Shown piece by piece: positions 1 to 9,553 of a DNA stretch of 33,831 nt. Positions within the stretch are counted from its first letter, which is position 1. Each line of letters begins with the position of its first letter. This stretch comes from a virus (lineage: Duplodnaviria > Heunggongvirae > Uroviricota > Caudoviricetes). Under the pieces are notes generated by a model. That model saw only the letters and a program-made list of their open reading frames with translations. It was not told the DNA's origin and made no database searches. Location: the IMG/VR virus record IMGVR_UViG_2681813321_000006. The stretch is one strand, 5' to 3'. A program made the position numbers and the translations under genes.

Positions 1-147
1 TTTTTTTACGCACTGCGGTTAATGATTTCATGGATAGCGTCCACCATATTTGGTGTCCACTATTCTCTCAGGAATTTCAGGATCTGCCAGACGGTGCTGA
101 GACGACGCTTACTTTTCTTTTTGTGAATAGAAGTATCTGTCCATTTA

Positions 148-864
148 TCAATCTCCAAAAGCAATCCAGTAAGCAAAAGGATTTACTCCTTGCTCAGTCA
201 CAGATGACATCAGGGAAAATTGCGATGGTGAAACAGGTAATGCTGCAAAACTAACCATTGTTGACACACCTGACCGTGCATTATCGTACGATGCAACAAC
301 ACAATAATTGGTATTGCTGAAAGATATCGGCAGGGTGATATTTACAGGTGAGCCTAATGGCCCTGATGCTGATATTCCCATTTGAATGATGGTTCCATCA
401 GGCAATTTTCTCCAGCGATTAGAACTCGGATTTCTTTTCCAGGCAGACATATCCGGTATCTGATTTTCTCCTGTACCCACATCCCTTTTCGCCGCTTCTC
501 CCAAACCAAGGTTTTCGAGAGCCGTTTGCACAGTGCCATCCGATTTGATATCGCCAAACGGATTCTTGCGGCTCAGGTATTCAACAGCAAACCCCGATCC
601 CAGCAATTCAACAAAACCGGGCAGATCACCATTATCAAGCACATCCCGTTGCGTTTTGTCACTTACAAACTGGGCCAGAGCTGCAGCAATAAAGCTGGCC
701 TGTCGAATGGCTTTGTTCACCTGCGCACTGGATGCTTTCCCTGCTGTAAATCCGGATAAAAGCGCAGGCAACGCTTCCCATTCCTCCTGCGACATAACAT
801 TGGCATTTCGATCAGTTGCAAACGCTTTAAAGTCATTTTTCGCCATCAGAGTAATACTCCCCAT
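148..864 (-). CDS. Tail fibre-like protein (short, putative receptor-binding protein)
   Basis: 238-aa ORF, last gene of the baseplate/tail operon. Motif [23 protein letters not shown] resembles conserved tail-fibre motifs (recollection). Ser/Thr/Asn-rich C-terminus. Alternative ATG at 846 overlaps the upstream stop (TGATG). Confidence 0.45.
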   Translation of the reverse strand: MGSITLMAKNDFKAFATDRNANVMSQEEWEALPALLSGFTAGKASSAQVNKAIRQASFIAAALAQFVSDKTQRDVLDNGDLPGFVELLGSGFAVEYLSRKNPFGDIKSDGTVQTALENLGLGEAAKRDVGTGENQIPDMSAWKRNPSSNRWRKLPDGTIIQMGISASGPLGSPVNITLPISFSNTNYCVVASYDNARSGVSTMVSFAALPVSPSQFSLMSSVTEQGVNPFAYWIAFGD

Positions 865-1526
865 GCTCCTACATCAAAACCACTGATGAATTCGTTATCC
901 ATATCAAAACCAAAAAATTTTGAGCCTTCCGATGGGGTTTCCACCGAAGGAGTTTCAATGCCCCCCGCCCATACCCCGGCGGCTTTTACTGTGAGATACC
1001 CCTGTTTAATTGCCGCAATTAACTCACGCGATACATCTGAAATATCAGTATCAGGAAAGACCCAGACCGATATCGTCATGTCCTGGTTATCGACTATCTG
1101 CATTCGCAGCCCGGATCCTGCTGTTGCCGCGTCAAGAATTGCCGGAAGCGAATCATTCCGTCCGTCCCAGTTATTAATCGCAATCTTCGCTTTAAGGATG
1201 ACACGATAAGTTTCATCGCTGAGGTACATGTATCCGGAATCAGGATCGTATGGTCCCTGCCATACACCCTGATCATATCCAAGCCCGTCGGTATCCCAGC
1301 TGAAATAAACACCTGAGATAGGCTGGCTGACAACACGGCTACGTCCGATCCACAATCCCAGAATGTCAAGTTGCACACCAACCGCAGAGTCAATATCAAA
1401 TGCAGTAATCAGCCCTCTGGTGGCCGCCGCAACATCAATAAGCGGCCGGGTCATCAGATCAACATGTGCAAGAAATTTAGGTTTGGTGGCGTGGTAGTTC
1501 GTGATTAGTTCGGTGTATTTGCTCAT
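846..1526 (-). CDS. Baseplate/tail protein (P2 gpI / Mu gp48-like position)
   Basis: 226-aa ORF directly after the J-like baseplate gene; 4-nt overlap with it. Call is from gene order and size only. Confidence 0.4.
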   Translation of the reverse strand: MSKYTELITNYHATKPKFLAHVDLMTRPLIDVAAATRGLITAFDIDSAVGVQLDILGLWIGRSRVVSQPISGVYFSWDTDGLGYDQGVWQGPYDPDSGYMYLSDETYRVILKAKIAINNWDGRNDSLPAILDAATAGSGLRMQIVDNQDMTISVWVFPDTDISDVSRELIAAIKQGYLTVKAAGVWAGGIETPSVETPSEGSKFFGFDMDNEFISGFDVGAWGVLL

Positions 1527-2722
1527 GACTCCACCGTTATAACGATATTTTCCGGGGTACAGGACGCAGATTCGTTGTATCTGATATCAATGTTTGATGA
1601 CGACAAAGCCCCCGGAGATTTCCCAATCGTCAGTTCCTGAATATCGTAATAGCGTGCATTCCCGCCACTCACCACGCCAAGATTCGCCGGTGAGTAAATG
1701 CGACTTAAAAGGACCGAATCACCAATCATCAGACTATTGATATAGTCGGAAATAGCCTGCTGGATCTGCTGCCCTATCTGTGAGGTATAACCCGTAAAAA
1801 CTTTTAATTTAATCCGGGCATAAACAGGCACATCACTGGAACGCGAGAATTTGATTACATGGGGATTGCCGTATTTATCCGGAACCGTAACGGATGTTGT
1901 ACCGTGAGTGGCTGTCCCCTGGCCTTTATTCCCTCTGATAGCCTGAGCAATATCCATCACATCACCGCCATCCACAATTACAGCAACAGAGTGTGGCGGT
2001 AACCCGTTACCGTCCTCCGAACCAGTATCGTTTTCATAGAGTTTGTGGCGGGTTACACCGGTAACATTAGAAACAGCACCATCCAGTGCTTCAAATGGGG
2101 TTATTGATGGCAACGCAACACTTTGCGACTGGCGGATACGTAACTCCGCATCAGTTTCTGCCGGAGAGCCAACAGTAGCCGCAGCAGGATTAGTTACCGA
2201 AACCCAGCCACGGGTTGGCGTATTAATTTCAGTGATAGTTCCAGCCAGCGCCGCCACTGCACCACTGACGGAACATGTTGCGGTCGCCATCACTGTACCA
2301 TCCACGCCGACCACCACTGAAGCAGGCAAACGCCATATCACACTATTACTGTCTTTCACGCTGCCATTAATGATGGTTGTTCCGGCAGTTCCTGTAAGAA
2401 GCAAATCAACCGTAGAATTCGTCGCGCCTTTACGTGAAATACCATTTATTTTCACGTTACTGGTCAGTGCGGCCCCATAGCCGGTTGCCGGTGAAAAACA
2501 GTTGTAGACAGTTATCGCAGTATTATTGGCATCATGAATCGCCAGCGCCATCAGAGCCACCATCTGGCCGTCTTTACTATCCGGTTCGAGGTAGGCATCA
2601 CTGCCATAAATCTGCTGAAAATAGCTAATCAGGGTGCTGAGTATCGTCTGATAATCAGGCGCACTGATCCCCTCCGCGGTTACCTTTGCAGATAAACCGA
2701 GAGAATCAAGGTTCAGAGCCAT
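1523..2722 (-). CDS. Baseplate J-like wedge protein
   Basis: 399-aa ORF between a gpW-like and a gpI-like ORF; stop/start overlaps with both neighbours. Size and order typical of baseplate J family. Confidence 0.55.
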   Translation of the reverse strand: MALNLDSLGLSAKVTAEGISAPDYQTILSTLISYFQQIYGSDAYLEPDSKDGQMVALMALAIHDANNTAITVYNCFSPATGYGAALTSNVKINGISRKGATNSTVDLLLTGTAGTTIINGSVKDSNSVIWRLPASVVVGVDGTVMATATCSVSGAVAALAGTITEINTPTRGWVSVTNPAAATVGSPAETDAELRIRQSQSVALPSITPFEALDGAVSNVTGVTRHKLYENDTGSEDGNGLPPHSVAVIVDGGDVMDIAQAIRGNKGQGTATHGTTSVTVPDKYGNPHVIKFSRSSDVPVYARIKLKVFTGYTSQIGQQIQQAISDYINSLMIGDSVLLSRIYSPANLGVVSGGNARYYDIQELTIGKSPGALSSSNIDIRYNESASCTPENIVITVES

Positions 2723-3075
2723 TACGCCTCCGATTTAACAGTCGTTATTCCATAGAGAGTGTCGATTTCAGCGGAAAACATGACACGTCGGGTCGTGGTA
2801 TCCACCGTCGTATTGAAAGAGAGGATTGATTTAACGCCCCGCGTTTCGAGGATGCGCTTACGGATCGCCAGGTTGTAGGTTTCCGGCTTCTGCTTACCGA
2901 GCACAGACTGGATCCACGGGGTCCCTTCGGTGGTGTCGAGAAACCATTGCCCATACCACAATTCAAATCGCGTTTTTACCGCCTGCGCCACGGCCTCCGG
3001 TGAGTTAATCAGCCAGGTGTCATCACCGCTGCCAAAGGTGTAATCGCCATCGGCGTCTTCACGTCTGTATCGCAT
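2722..3075 (-). CDS. Small baseplate protein (gpW/GP46-like)
   Basis: 117-aa ORF between the spike-like and J-like genes, start/stop coupled with both. Positional call. Confidence 0.45.
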   Translation of the reverse strand: MRYRREDADGDYTFGSGDDTWLINSPEAVAQAVKTRFELWYGQWFLDTTEGTPWIQSVLGKQKPETYNLAIRKRILETRGVKSILSFNTTVDTTTRRVMFSAEIDTLYGITTVKSEA

Positions 3076-3827
3076 CAGTTTACCCTATCGGTATTGCTTC
3101 CACCGCGCTGAACACCGCCATGAGTGTGCGTATCATCGATTGGCTTGCCGTTAGCCTTCACGCTCCCCAAAAACTCAACAGCACCAGTGATTTTTGAAGC
3201 CACACCAGAAACCACAGACCCCACCATGCCCCCCATCCAGGTTAACAGGCCATGAATGGTTACTTTCTCAGAAAAATCAGCCAGAGGGGCAACCACATCA
3301 AGACCACCCGGAGCGACAATTTTAATTTTCCTGGTATCAGGATTAAGCTCAAAATAGGTGCTGCCGTCATCACTACGCAACTGTGTGGCACTGGTATTAA
3401 TACCGCTAATCCTCCTTGCCTGCGACTGGGGACCGACAATACAAAACGCATCCGATAAATCATGCATTCTGTCATCGACCGTCTCCTGTATCCCGCCACT
3501 CTGCCACCAGAAATCGATGCAGCGATCGGCAAAAATCACCAGGCATTCATCGCCGGCTTTTACCGGGAAAGTTAACGTGCAGCCGCCGCCGCGCGGAAAT
3601 ACCACCGGCACATCCACCAGCAGCGGGTAATTTTTGGTTACGCGGTTGCCGTCGTTGTCGGTTTCAACCGAACGAATAGCAGGCTGCACAACCGCCGTCA
3701 CCGCGTCAGGATCGAATGACTGAACGATGCCAGGCAAAGCGACGCGGATCTGGTTCTTTGTGGTTTCCCGCTCGGATTTGAATGTTTCGGCAAGGTCGCC
3801 GCTACGAGTCTGGTCTGATATGGCCAT
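3075..3827 (-). CDS. Baseplate spike / gpV-like protein
   Basis: ORF-track start 3860 is a TTG inside a terminator hairpin. First ATG at 3827 is preceded by AGGAG (3836-3840). Motifs LPGIVQSFDPD, VPVVFPRGGG, GDECLVIFADRCID fit the N-terminal domain of phage baseplate spike (gpV/Gp138_N-like) proteins (recollection). Confidence 0.6.
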   Translation of the reverse strand: MAISDQTRSGDLAETFKSERETTKNQIRVALPGIVQSFDPDAVTAVVQPAIRSVETDNDGNRVTKNYPLLVDVPVVFPRGGGCTLTFPVKAGDECLVIFADRCIDFWWQSGGIQETVDDRMHDLSDAFCIVGPQSQARRISGINTSATQLRSDDGSTYFELNPDTRKIKIVAPGGLDVVAPLADFSEKVTIHGLLTWMGGMVGSVVSGVASKITGAVEFLGSVKANGKPIDDTHTHGGVQRGGSNTDRVN

Positions 3828-3841
3828 TTGATAAACTCCTG

Positions 3842-3868
3842 AAAACAAAAAACCCGCCAAGTGGCGGG
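3842..3868 (-). terminator. Intrinsic terminator (minus strand) at the distal edge of the AT-rich baseplate moron
   Basis: Minus-strand RNA reads CCCGCC-ACUU-GGCGGG followed by UUUUUUGUUUU: 6-bp GC stem, 4-nt loop, U-tract. Confidence 0.6.
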
Positions 3869-3889
3869 GCTACAGGAACAACTCTAAGT

Positions 3890-4060
3890 TTATTTTTTCT
3901 GTTTAAAATTGTCCAACTCAGGTTCTTTAACGCTTTCTGTCATGTAATCCAATCCACCAAAAGGTACTTCAAGCATTATACTGCTTTCATAATCAGCCAT
4001 GGATTGCTCTGCTTGCGTTAGCTTGCTTTGCTGTGAGTTGTCATTATTTGATGTTGTCAT
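3890..4060 (-). CDS. Small hypothetical ORF (56 aa) in the AT-rich moron
   Basis: ATG at 4060, TAA at 3890-3892; weak AAGG upstream. Same frame as the upstream membrane ORF, separated by a TAG. Below the ORF-track size cutoff; may be non-coding. Confidence 0.15.
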   Translation of the reverse strand: MTTSNNDNSQQSKLTQAEQSMADYESSIMLEVPFGGLDYMTESVKEPELDNFKQKK

Positions 4061-4063
4061 CAA

Positions 4064-4618
4064 CTATGCCTTATTTATCAAAAGAAAAGTAACCGATAAT
4101 ATGAAAAAACCGAAAGATAACGCAATTCCTTCAAAAAGATAACGAGCGTAAACTGCCTTTTCTTTATGAAGACTTTCGATCAATTCAACAGCTTTACCAT
4201 ACTGAAACATATGGTATCTAAGCGTTTTAATTTTATCACCGTAAAATAAAAAATCATGCTCTTCTTTTCGCTTATGAATAGGCATTTTTGGTATATCTTT
4301 CAGTCCCCAAGTACGCCATAGGAAAAAAAAGCACATAACAATACAAACAAAGCACAGATATGCACAAAGTATAGATAATGTTAAAAACCAATTACTCTTT
4401 AGCCCACTTTTGAAATCAACAGTCCCAAATACAGCCAGTAGAGCAGAGGTTTCTACAGCTAAAATAGCAAGAAGGTAGTTAACTTTGTCCTCAAGACGAC
4501 GATATGTTGATTTTGCTTCCTCATATCTATCTTTATAATATGACGAAATAAAATCAGCGCCTATAGTCTCAATTGCCTTTTGTTCTTCTGTTGTATCTAT
4601 TGACGAACGCTTGCTCAT
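4064..4618 (-). CDS. AT-rich moron membrane protein (about 3 TM helices), unknown function
   Basis: 184-aa ORF. N-terminal charged helical region, then hydrophobic segments LLAILAVETSALLAVFGTV, WFLTLSILCAYLCFVCIVMCFFFLW and IALSFGFFILSVTFLLI. About 30% G+C by hand count versus over 50% in flanking tail genes. Confidence 0.55.
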   Translation of the reverse strand: MSKRSSIDTTEEQKAIETIGADFISSYYKDRYEEAKSTYRRLEDKVNYLLAILAVETSALLAVFGTVDFKSGLKSNWFLTLSILCAYLCFVCIVMCFFFLWRTWGLKDIPKMPIHKRKEEHDFLFYGDKIKTLRYHMFQYGKAVELIESLHKEKAVYARYLFEGIALSFGFFILSVTFLLINKA

Positions 4619-4625
4619 TTCTCAA

Positions 4626-4973
4626 TCAACCAACAACTTTCTTACACGGGAAAGAGCCAATAATTTTCGGAGCATCCATGCTGTTCTGCAACAACTGGAC
4701 GTTCAGGAAACGCGTTTTAGTGCCAGGTCGATGGATATACTCGAACCCATAATTGTTGCCATCTTTGGCAGGCATCAGGTCCATTTTGATCTGCATGCCT
4801 GTACCGTCTTTACCCAACATTTTTACTTTTTGGGACGTTACTGTTTCGCCATTGATTTTAAATAATGAATCAGGGATCGCATCCATACGAAAGTTGCCGC
4901 ATTGCATCGTTATGGTGTTTGCACTTACACCAACAGACACTAATGCCAGCAATGAAAATATCCATCGTTTCAT
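4626..4973 (-). CDS. AT-rich moron secreted/periplasmic protein with signal peptide
   Basis: Refined start ATG 4971-4973 preceded by GAGGA. Product MKRWIFSLLALVSVGVSA|NTI has a classic Sec signal peptide (AXA-like site VSA); two Cys in the mature part. Track start 5054 would overlap the upstream gene. Confidence 0.55.
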   Translation of the reverse strand: MKRWIFSLLALVSVGVSANTITMQCGNFRMDAIPDSLFKINGETVTSQKVKMLGKDGTGMQIKMDLMPAKDGNNYGFEYIHRPGTKTRFLNVQLLQNSMDAPKIIGSFPCKKVVG

Positions 4974-4975
4974 TT

Positions 4976-6040
4976 CTATAATCCTCTCTGAAAAGCAGTG
5001 CTGGATGGCATATCCTGCGCACCGCGCGCTTCGCACATCATATCCATGTACCACGCCTGGCCCCTTGTATCGCCAGTGTACATAATCCCGCGCACAATAT
5101 AAACGCCATCCGTTGCGATGCTGGCAGGCTGCGATGTGGTGCCGCTTAGCGTAATATTTCCGTCCGTGTTCTGGTCGGTGATCTGCCCACCAGCCATAGC
5201 GATATCGTTGTTCGACAACGCGGTGCGATATACGGAAGCCTGATCCAGTTGAATGAGCCCATTAACCCGGATGTTCGGATTAATAAGCGCGCGAACGTTT
5301 ACGCCGTTGCCGATGGTCTGCTGCGGCATGCCAATAAGCCCGGTAGCGCTGTTGAGCACAATCGCTTCGTGAACATATTCATTATTCGCCACCATCTGGC
5401 GCTGACCGTCTACGAATTGCCATGTTGCGCCACATTGCCCGGCTACGTTATCCATTAGATGCCGCGTCATGCCAAAGAGCACCCGCCCCCGGGGGAATAC
5501 AGTAGCAGGCATTTCAGGCGTCAGGCCTTCGGTCGCACCTTTGGCTTCGAAGTCTTTCATCAGCGCACGGTTCACATCAGCGACCGTGTAACCGGCAGCC
5601 AGCGTCTGTGAGGTTATACTGGTGGCAAAAGCCAGATCAGTATCTGCTGCCTGAATCAGGACGTAGGAATCAACCGGACTGTCTTTTCCTGTAACCGAGT
5701 AGCGAATTTCACCGCTGAAAATCAGTCCGTAGTTGCGGCCATCACTCTGGCCCACGTCCGCCGCATCAACCTCCCGCACGATCCCGACGTCGCTTGCCGA
5801 CACCTCCGGCGCGATACCGTCGTAACCCGCAATCAGACGCACTTTCGAAAACTCCCGCCCGGTGATTCGGTTCACAGTATCTGCCGAGAGGTTATAAATT
5901 TTGATAGTCCCTACCCGGGACGCGCTGCTGATGTTGAACCAGTCGATCGTAAAGGTCACTTTAAAATCACTTAGCTCAATTCCCTGACCGTTCCCGTCCA
6001 CAAGCTGCAGCTCGAAATGTCTCATCCAGTTCTGTGACAT
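4976..6040 (-). CDS. Baseplate hub-like tail protein (P2 gpD / Mu gpP position)
   Basis: 354-aa ORF between the post-tape-measure ORFs and the spike gene. Positional/size call only. Confidence 0.4.
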   Translation of the reverse strand: MSQNWMRHFELQLVDGNGQGIELSDFKVTFTIDWFNISSASRVGTIKIYNLSADTVNRITGREFSKVRLIAGYDGIAPEVSASDVGIVREVDAADVGQSDGRNYGLIFSGEIRYSVTGKDSPVDSYVLIQAADTDLAFATSITSQTLAAGYTVADVNRALMKDFEAKGATEGLTPEMPATVFPRGRVLFGMTRHLMDNVAGQCGATWQFVDGQRQMVANNEYVHEAIVLNSATGLIGMPQQTIGNGVNVRALINPNIRVNGLIQLDQASVYRTALSNNDIAMAGGQITDQNTDGNITLSGTTSQPASIATDGVYIVRGIMYTGDTRGQAWYMDMMCEARGAQDMPSSTAFQRGL

Positions 6041-6042
6041 GC

Positions 6043-6345
6043 TTACTCCGTTGATACCAGTAAATGGCTGCGACCGCCCAGGTCAGTTTTTGTGGGGTAA
6101 TCCTGTGTGTTGTCATCACAGACCACCACCAGCTTAAAACCAAGCCCCATACAGGCGTACTGCGCCAGCAGGTCAGCACCAGTGACGAGAGGAATACCGG
6201 AGATTACCGGCTCCCCTCTGTCGTTCTGCAGGTCCATAATCCAGTACAGATCGCGCCATATGATGCTAATCCGCCAGGTAACACCACCCAGGACGATGCT
6301 GAACTGCTGGTTGTCCGCTGTCAGCGGAATTTCCTGAATTGCCAT
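6043..6345 (-). CDS. Tail/baseplate-associated protein, function unassigned
   Basis: 100-aa ORF tightly packed in the tail operon (3-nt gap below, stop/start overlap above). Confidence 0.35.
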   Translation of the reverse strand: MAIQEIPLTADNQQFSIVLGGVTWRISIIWRDLYWIMDLQNDRGEPVISGIPLVTGADLLAQYACMGLGFKLVVVCDDNTQDYPTKTDLGGRSHLLVSTE

Positions 6346-6932
6346 TAGCCGCCCCCCAGTAATGACGCCACGTTACCCGTGATGCTTTTCAGCAGTGAAG
6401 TATCTGGAGGCTTGGTGGTTTTGTTGCCGCTGTTCTGTACCGCCGACGTGCTGGCCCCTTCCTTCATGTTGGTTTTATCCGCGACGGAAATCTGCTGTGT
6501 CCGGGAGATAAGGACCTCCCTCAGGGTGAGGACGGCGGACAGGACGTTTTCGGTTGTCTTGTCCGTCGTCACTTCCAGCGCCCGGATCAACATGTTGCTG
6601 TACAGTCGTTTACCGGTTACCACATCGAAGGGGATACGGCTTTCCTGCAGATCCAGTAGCTCCTGATACGTCTGCTGAGGACTCAGGCCGAGCAGGCTGG
6701 TAGCCGTCAGGTTACTGGCAAAATCCAGCAATGCGCCACCACCGGCGAAACCAACCTCCATCACCACTTCTGACGGTTTTTTATAGGCATGATCAGCGAC
6801 AGCGGCCCCGACCTCTACCGGATGCTCTGTTATTTCAAGCATATCTGTATGCTTCTCTGAAATAACAACACAGGGAACAATCATTCCTATTTTTCTGCTC
6901 TGCTGATGAAAAAGTGTAGAGAGAATATCCAC
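6345..6932 (-). CDS. Tail protein downstream of tape measure, function unassigned
   Basis: 195-aa ORF; start overlaps the tape-measure stop by 1 nt. Positional call. Confidence 0.35.
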   Translation of the reverse strand: MDILSTLFHQQSRKIGMIVPCVVISEKHTDMLEITEHPVEVGAAVADHAYKKPSEVVMEVGFAGGGALLDFASNLTATSLLGLSPQQTYQELLDLQESRIPFDVVTGKRLYSNMLIRALEVTTDKTTENVLSAVLTLREVLISRTQQISVADKTNMKEGASTSAVQNSGNKTTKPPDTSLLKSITGNVASLLGGG

Positions 6933-8920
6933 TAACCCACCCTCACCTGATTACTTCGCATGACCTGAGCATTTGCAGACTGTTGCCGACGTGCAACCTC
7001 ATTACCGACAGCGTGCGGATCTCCACCACCGTAAATGTGGTAGGTATTTTGCTGGTTAACCTCTGTCACTTTGCCACTAATTCCCGCCACGGCAGCCTTA
7101 TTAATCAGCTCCCGAGAATAGATATTTCTTCCATTCTCATGCTGGATAATGCTGCTCATCAATGCTGACATGGTTTGCGGATCGCTCATATTCAGGGCAG
7201 CCCGGGGATCCACTCCCAGTCGTTGCGATACAGCCCTGATATACGCAGTTGTGTTGTTATTATCAGACGCAGGTGCCCAGGTAGAGATAATTTTCTCCAC
7301 ACTGTTTATTCCCCGTCCGGCGTACAGCATTAACTGACGAGCAAGAGCCCGTAATCCATCAAAAGCAGTTTCAAATCTGGCAAATCGCCCGCCCGGGCGT
7401 TCAAGAGAAGCCCCTGCCTGACCAGCAAAATTAAGGTTTCCCGGATTGTTATTCCGTTCTCCTCGTTTCGTAGCCTGTGCATGTTGTTCCGGCTCATCAT
7501 CACCAAACCAGCCGCGTACCGTCCGGCCCACACTGCGGGGATCGAATCCCCAGTGCTCTTTAATCCAGTCGGCAGTACTGTTAGCGCTGTCTGTAACCAT
7601 CGGCATCGCTGACGGATTTTCGCTGCCCTGATTAAGTATCTGTTTGCCGATGCTGACGGCATCAGCCCAGCGGCCATCTTTGATAGCGTTGAGCAGGTCG
7701 GCGATCATGTTCAGCATTTTGCTGAATTCGCCCATCTGGTCGATGAAGTTGCTGAAATCCCACTTCAGGGACCATGATTTGGGGTCAATATTGAGCAGTT
7801 TCGCCAGCGCTTTCACCAGGTCGTTAACGGTCGTTTTAAGGTCACGAACCATCTTCAGCGCGGCATCGACCTCCGGTTTCCACTTGCCCCAGTCAATCAG
7901 GCTGTCGCCGCCTTCCTTCCAGGTCTGATAGTCCTCCCACAGGAGGGCAATACCCGCCGCCAGCGCGGTAATGAGGCCAATCGGCGACATCCAGAACGTA
8001 CTGTTCAGAATGCGCAGCGCAATCGTCAGTGCGCCAAACAGCGAGATCAACTCCCGCGTTTGCTTATCCAGCGATTGCCACCAGGTGATAAGGCCTGATG
8101 TCCCCTCAATCAGTCTGAAGAACAGCCGCCCGATAATATCCCCGAGCGCCAGAATGCCTTTTATGGCTTTCGTCAGGGTCTGCTCGATACGAGGGAAGTT
8201 GTCCAGGATATGGCGGCGCAGGGTGTCCAGCGAACCCGCAAGCCCCCCCGCAAGATTAGAGCCGATTTTGTCACGGGCCATGCCTGCCATCGCGCCAAAC
8301 TCACGCAGGGAGGTCATAAATTTGTTGGAGCTTCTGGCCGCCTCGTCAGCATTGAAGCCGATAGCTTTCGCCATTGCGCTGTACTGCCCGGAGAAGCCAC
8401 CCACACCCCGGCGCATCGCCATAAGGGTATTTTCGTCAATGCCCAGCATCTGCGCATACTGGTTAGCCCGGTAATACGGCATGCTGCTGAGTTTCTGTCC
8501 AACGCCCGTAAAAATAGCGGCCATGTCACGCATGTTACCGCTGGCATCACGGGTCTGTACGCCCAGGCGATTCAGAAAGCCTTCTGCACCGGGATTGTTA
8601 CGAATAAACCGGGATAGGCTTTCCAGAGAAGATCGCGCAGCGTCCACGCTGCCGCCAACCTGCGAAACCGCATAGCCAATAGACTGAATTCCCTGGACTG
8701 TCGCGCCGGTGCGCTGTGACGCCCAGTAAAGATTATCCAGGCCGGAGGCGATCTTAGCCGTGAAGGCCACCACGGACAACGCAGCTCCTTCAACAGCCAG
8801 CCCCATTTTGATGACATTTGCAGTTGTACCGGCGAGGACAGAACCGAACTTTTTCGCTCCTGCATCATCCACACTGAAGCCAAGCGAGACGAGGAAATCT
8901 TTAATAGTTTCAGCGTTCAT
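6932..8920 (-). CDS. Tail tape measure protein
   Basis: Longest ORF in the tail module, between chaperone and baseplate genes. N-terminal Ala/Gly-rich helical region and central hydrophobic segments (LISLFGALTIALRIL, IGLITALAAGIALLW). Track start 8941 is TTG; ATG at 8918-8920 is preceded by GGAGAGAGG. Confidence 0.7.
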   Translation of the reverse strand: MNAETIKDFLVSLGFSVDDAGAKKFGSVLAGTTANVIKMGLAVEGAALSVVAFTAKIASGLDNLYWASQRTGATVQGIQSIGYAVSQVGGSVDAARSSLESLSRFIRNNPGAEGFLNRLGVQTRDASGNMRDMAAIFTGVGQKLSSMPYYRANQYAQMLGIDENTLMAMRRGVGGFSGQYSAMAKAIGFNADEAARSSNKFMTSLREFGAMAGMARDKIGSNLAGGLAGSLDTLRRHILDNFPRIEQTLTKAIKGILALGDIIGRLFFRLIEGTSGLITWWQSLDKQTRELISLFGALTIALRILNSTFWMSPIGLITALAAGIALLWEDYQTWKEGGDSLIDWGKWKPEVDAALKMVRDLKTTVNDLVKALAKLLNIDPKSWSLKWDFSNFIDQMGEFSKMLNMIADLLNAIKDGRWADAVSIGKQILNQGSENPSAMPMVTDSANSTADWIKEHWGFDPRSVGRTVRGWFGDDEPEQHAQATKRGERNNNPGNLNFAGQAGASLERPGGRFARFETAFDGLRALARQLMLYAGRGINSVEKIISTWAPASDNNNTTAYIRAVSQRLGVDPRAALNMSDPQTMSALMSSIIQHENGRNIYSRELINKAAVAGISGKVTEVNQQNTYHIYGGGDPHAVGNEVARRQQSANAQVMRSNQVRVG

Positions 8921-9097
8921 TATCCTCTCTCCATTTCTCAATGCGTCGCTGGTTATCCGCTTTTACCGCCAGATGGTCATTCAAGAGAGCAATGTCATAC
9001 AAATCGACAGAGCCATCTTTAAGTGCTGTATAAGGAATTAACCCGGCGTCAACCGGATTGAGAAGGTAGGACAGCCCGTCCGGCAGGCTGTTAAACG

Positions 9098-9550
9098 TCA
9101 GCCCTGTTGCAGGCTCTGCGTCGTGCTGGTAAGGGGTGTAGGCAAAAAATTTCCCAGCGAATCGGCGACCACCCGCGCCACCAGCTGCAGCATGACCAGC
9201 AAGTCAATATCATCAAACATCAGTTCGCCCTGGGTAAATACCGGCACCCATCCGTCCATATGACGCCGCGATACCACCGCAAGACAGGGATGAATAATCG
9301 CATCGGTGTCATCTTCGGTCAGGGAAGACAGTTCCTCAGCGATACGCGGGAGCATGGTTTCAAACACCGGTTTTAACTGTTCGAATTTCACGGTGTCGAT
9401 TTTGCCGTCAGCAGGCAAACGGGAGCGAATACTCCCGAAATCTGACATCATTCCTGCCAGCACCGGCAGAAGTTTGCGGGTCACTTTCAGCTGGTCAAAA
9501 ACGCTGAGTTTTGCCGTGCGATATTTCACGCCTTTAATTTCGAATTCCAT
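9098..9550 (-). CDS. Tail assembly chaperone (gpG/gpE-like position)
   Basis: 150-aa acidic ORF between the tube and tape-measure genes; contains a TTTTTTG heptamer near its 3' end (see findings). Confidence 0.45.
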   Translation of the reverse strand: MEFEIKGVKYRTAKLSVFDQLKVTRKLLPVLAGMMSDFGSIRSRLPADGKIDTVKFEQLKPVFETMLPRIAEELSSLTEDDTDAIIHPCLAVVSRRHMDGWVPVFTQGELMFDDIDLLVMLQLVARVVADSLGNFLPTPLTSTTQSLQQG

Positions 9551-9553
9551 GCA

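Noticed and set aside
1-147. Possible start of a further minus-strand gene (ATG at about 29-31, MKSLTAVRKK...) running off the window
   Set aside because: Only 10 codons visible; cannot be distinguished from chance, so not reported as a feature.
3858-3860. ORF-track TTG start for the spike-like gene (also 8941 tape measure, 25726 cro-like)
   Set aside because: These starts are TTG with no RBS (3860 lies inside a terminator stem); downstream ATG codons with strong Shine-Dalgarno sequences are preferred.
3782-4021. 79-aa plus-strand ORF across the moron terminator region
   Set aside because: Spans a terminator hairpin and AT-rich spacer, runs antisense to the local gene direction, no RBS.
7971-8474. 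167-aa plus-strand ORF inside the tape-measure gene
   Set aside because: Antisense to a long, well-supported gene in a GC-rich region, Arg/Ser/Pro-rich translation, no RBS context. Typical spurious antisense ORF.
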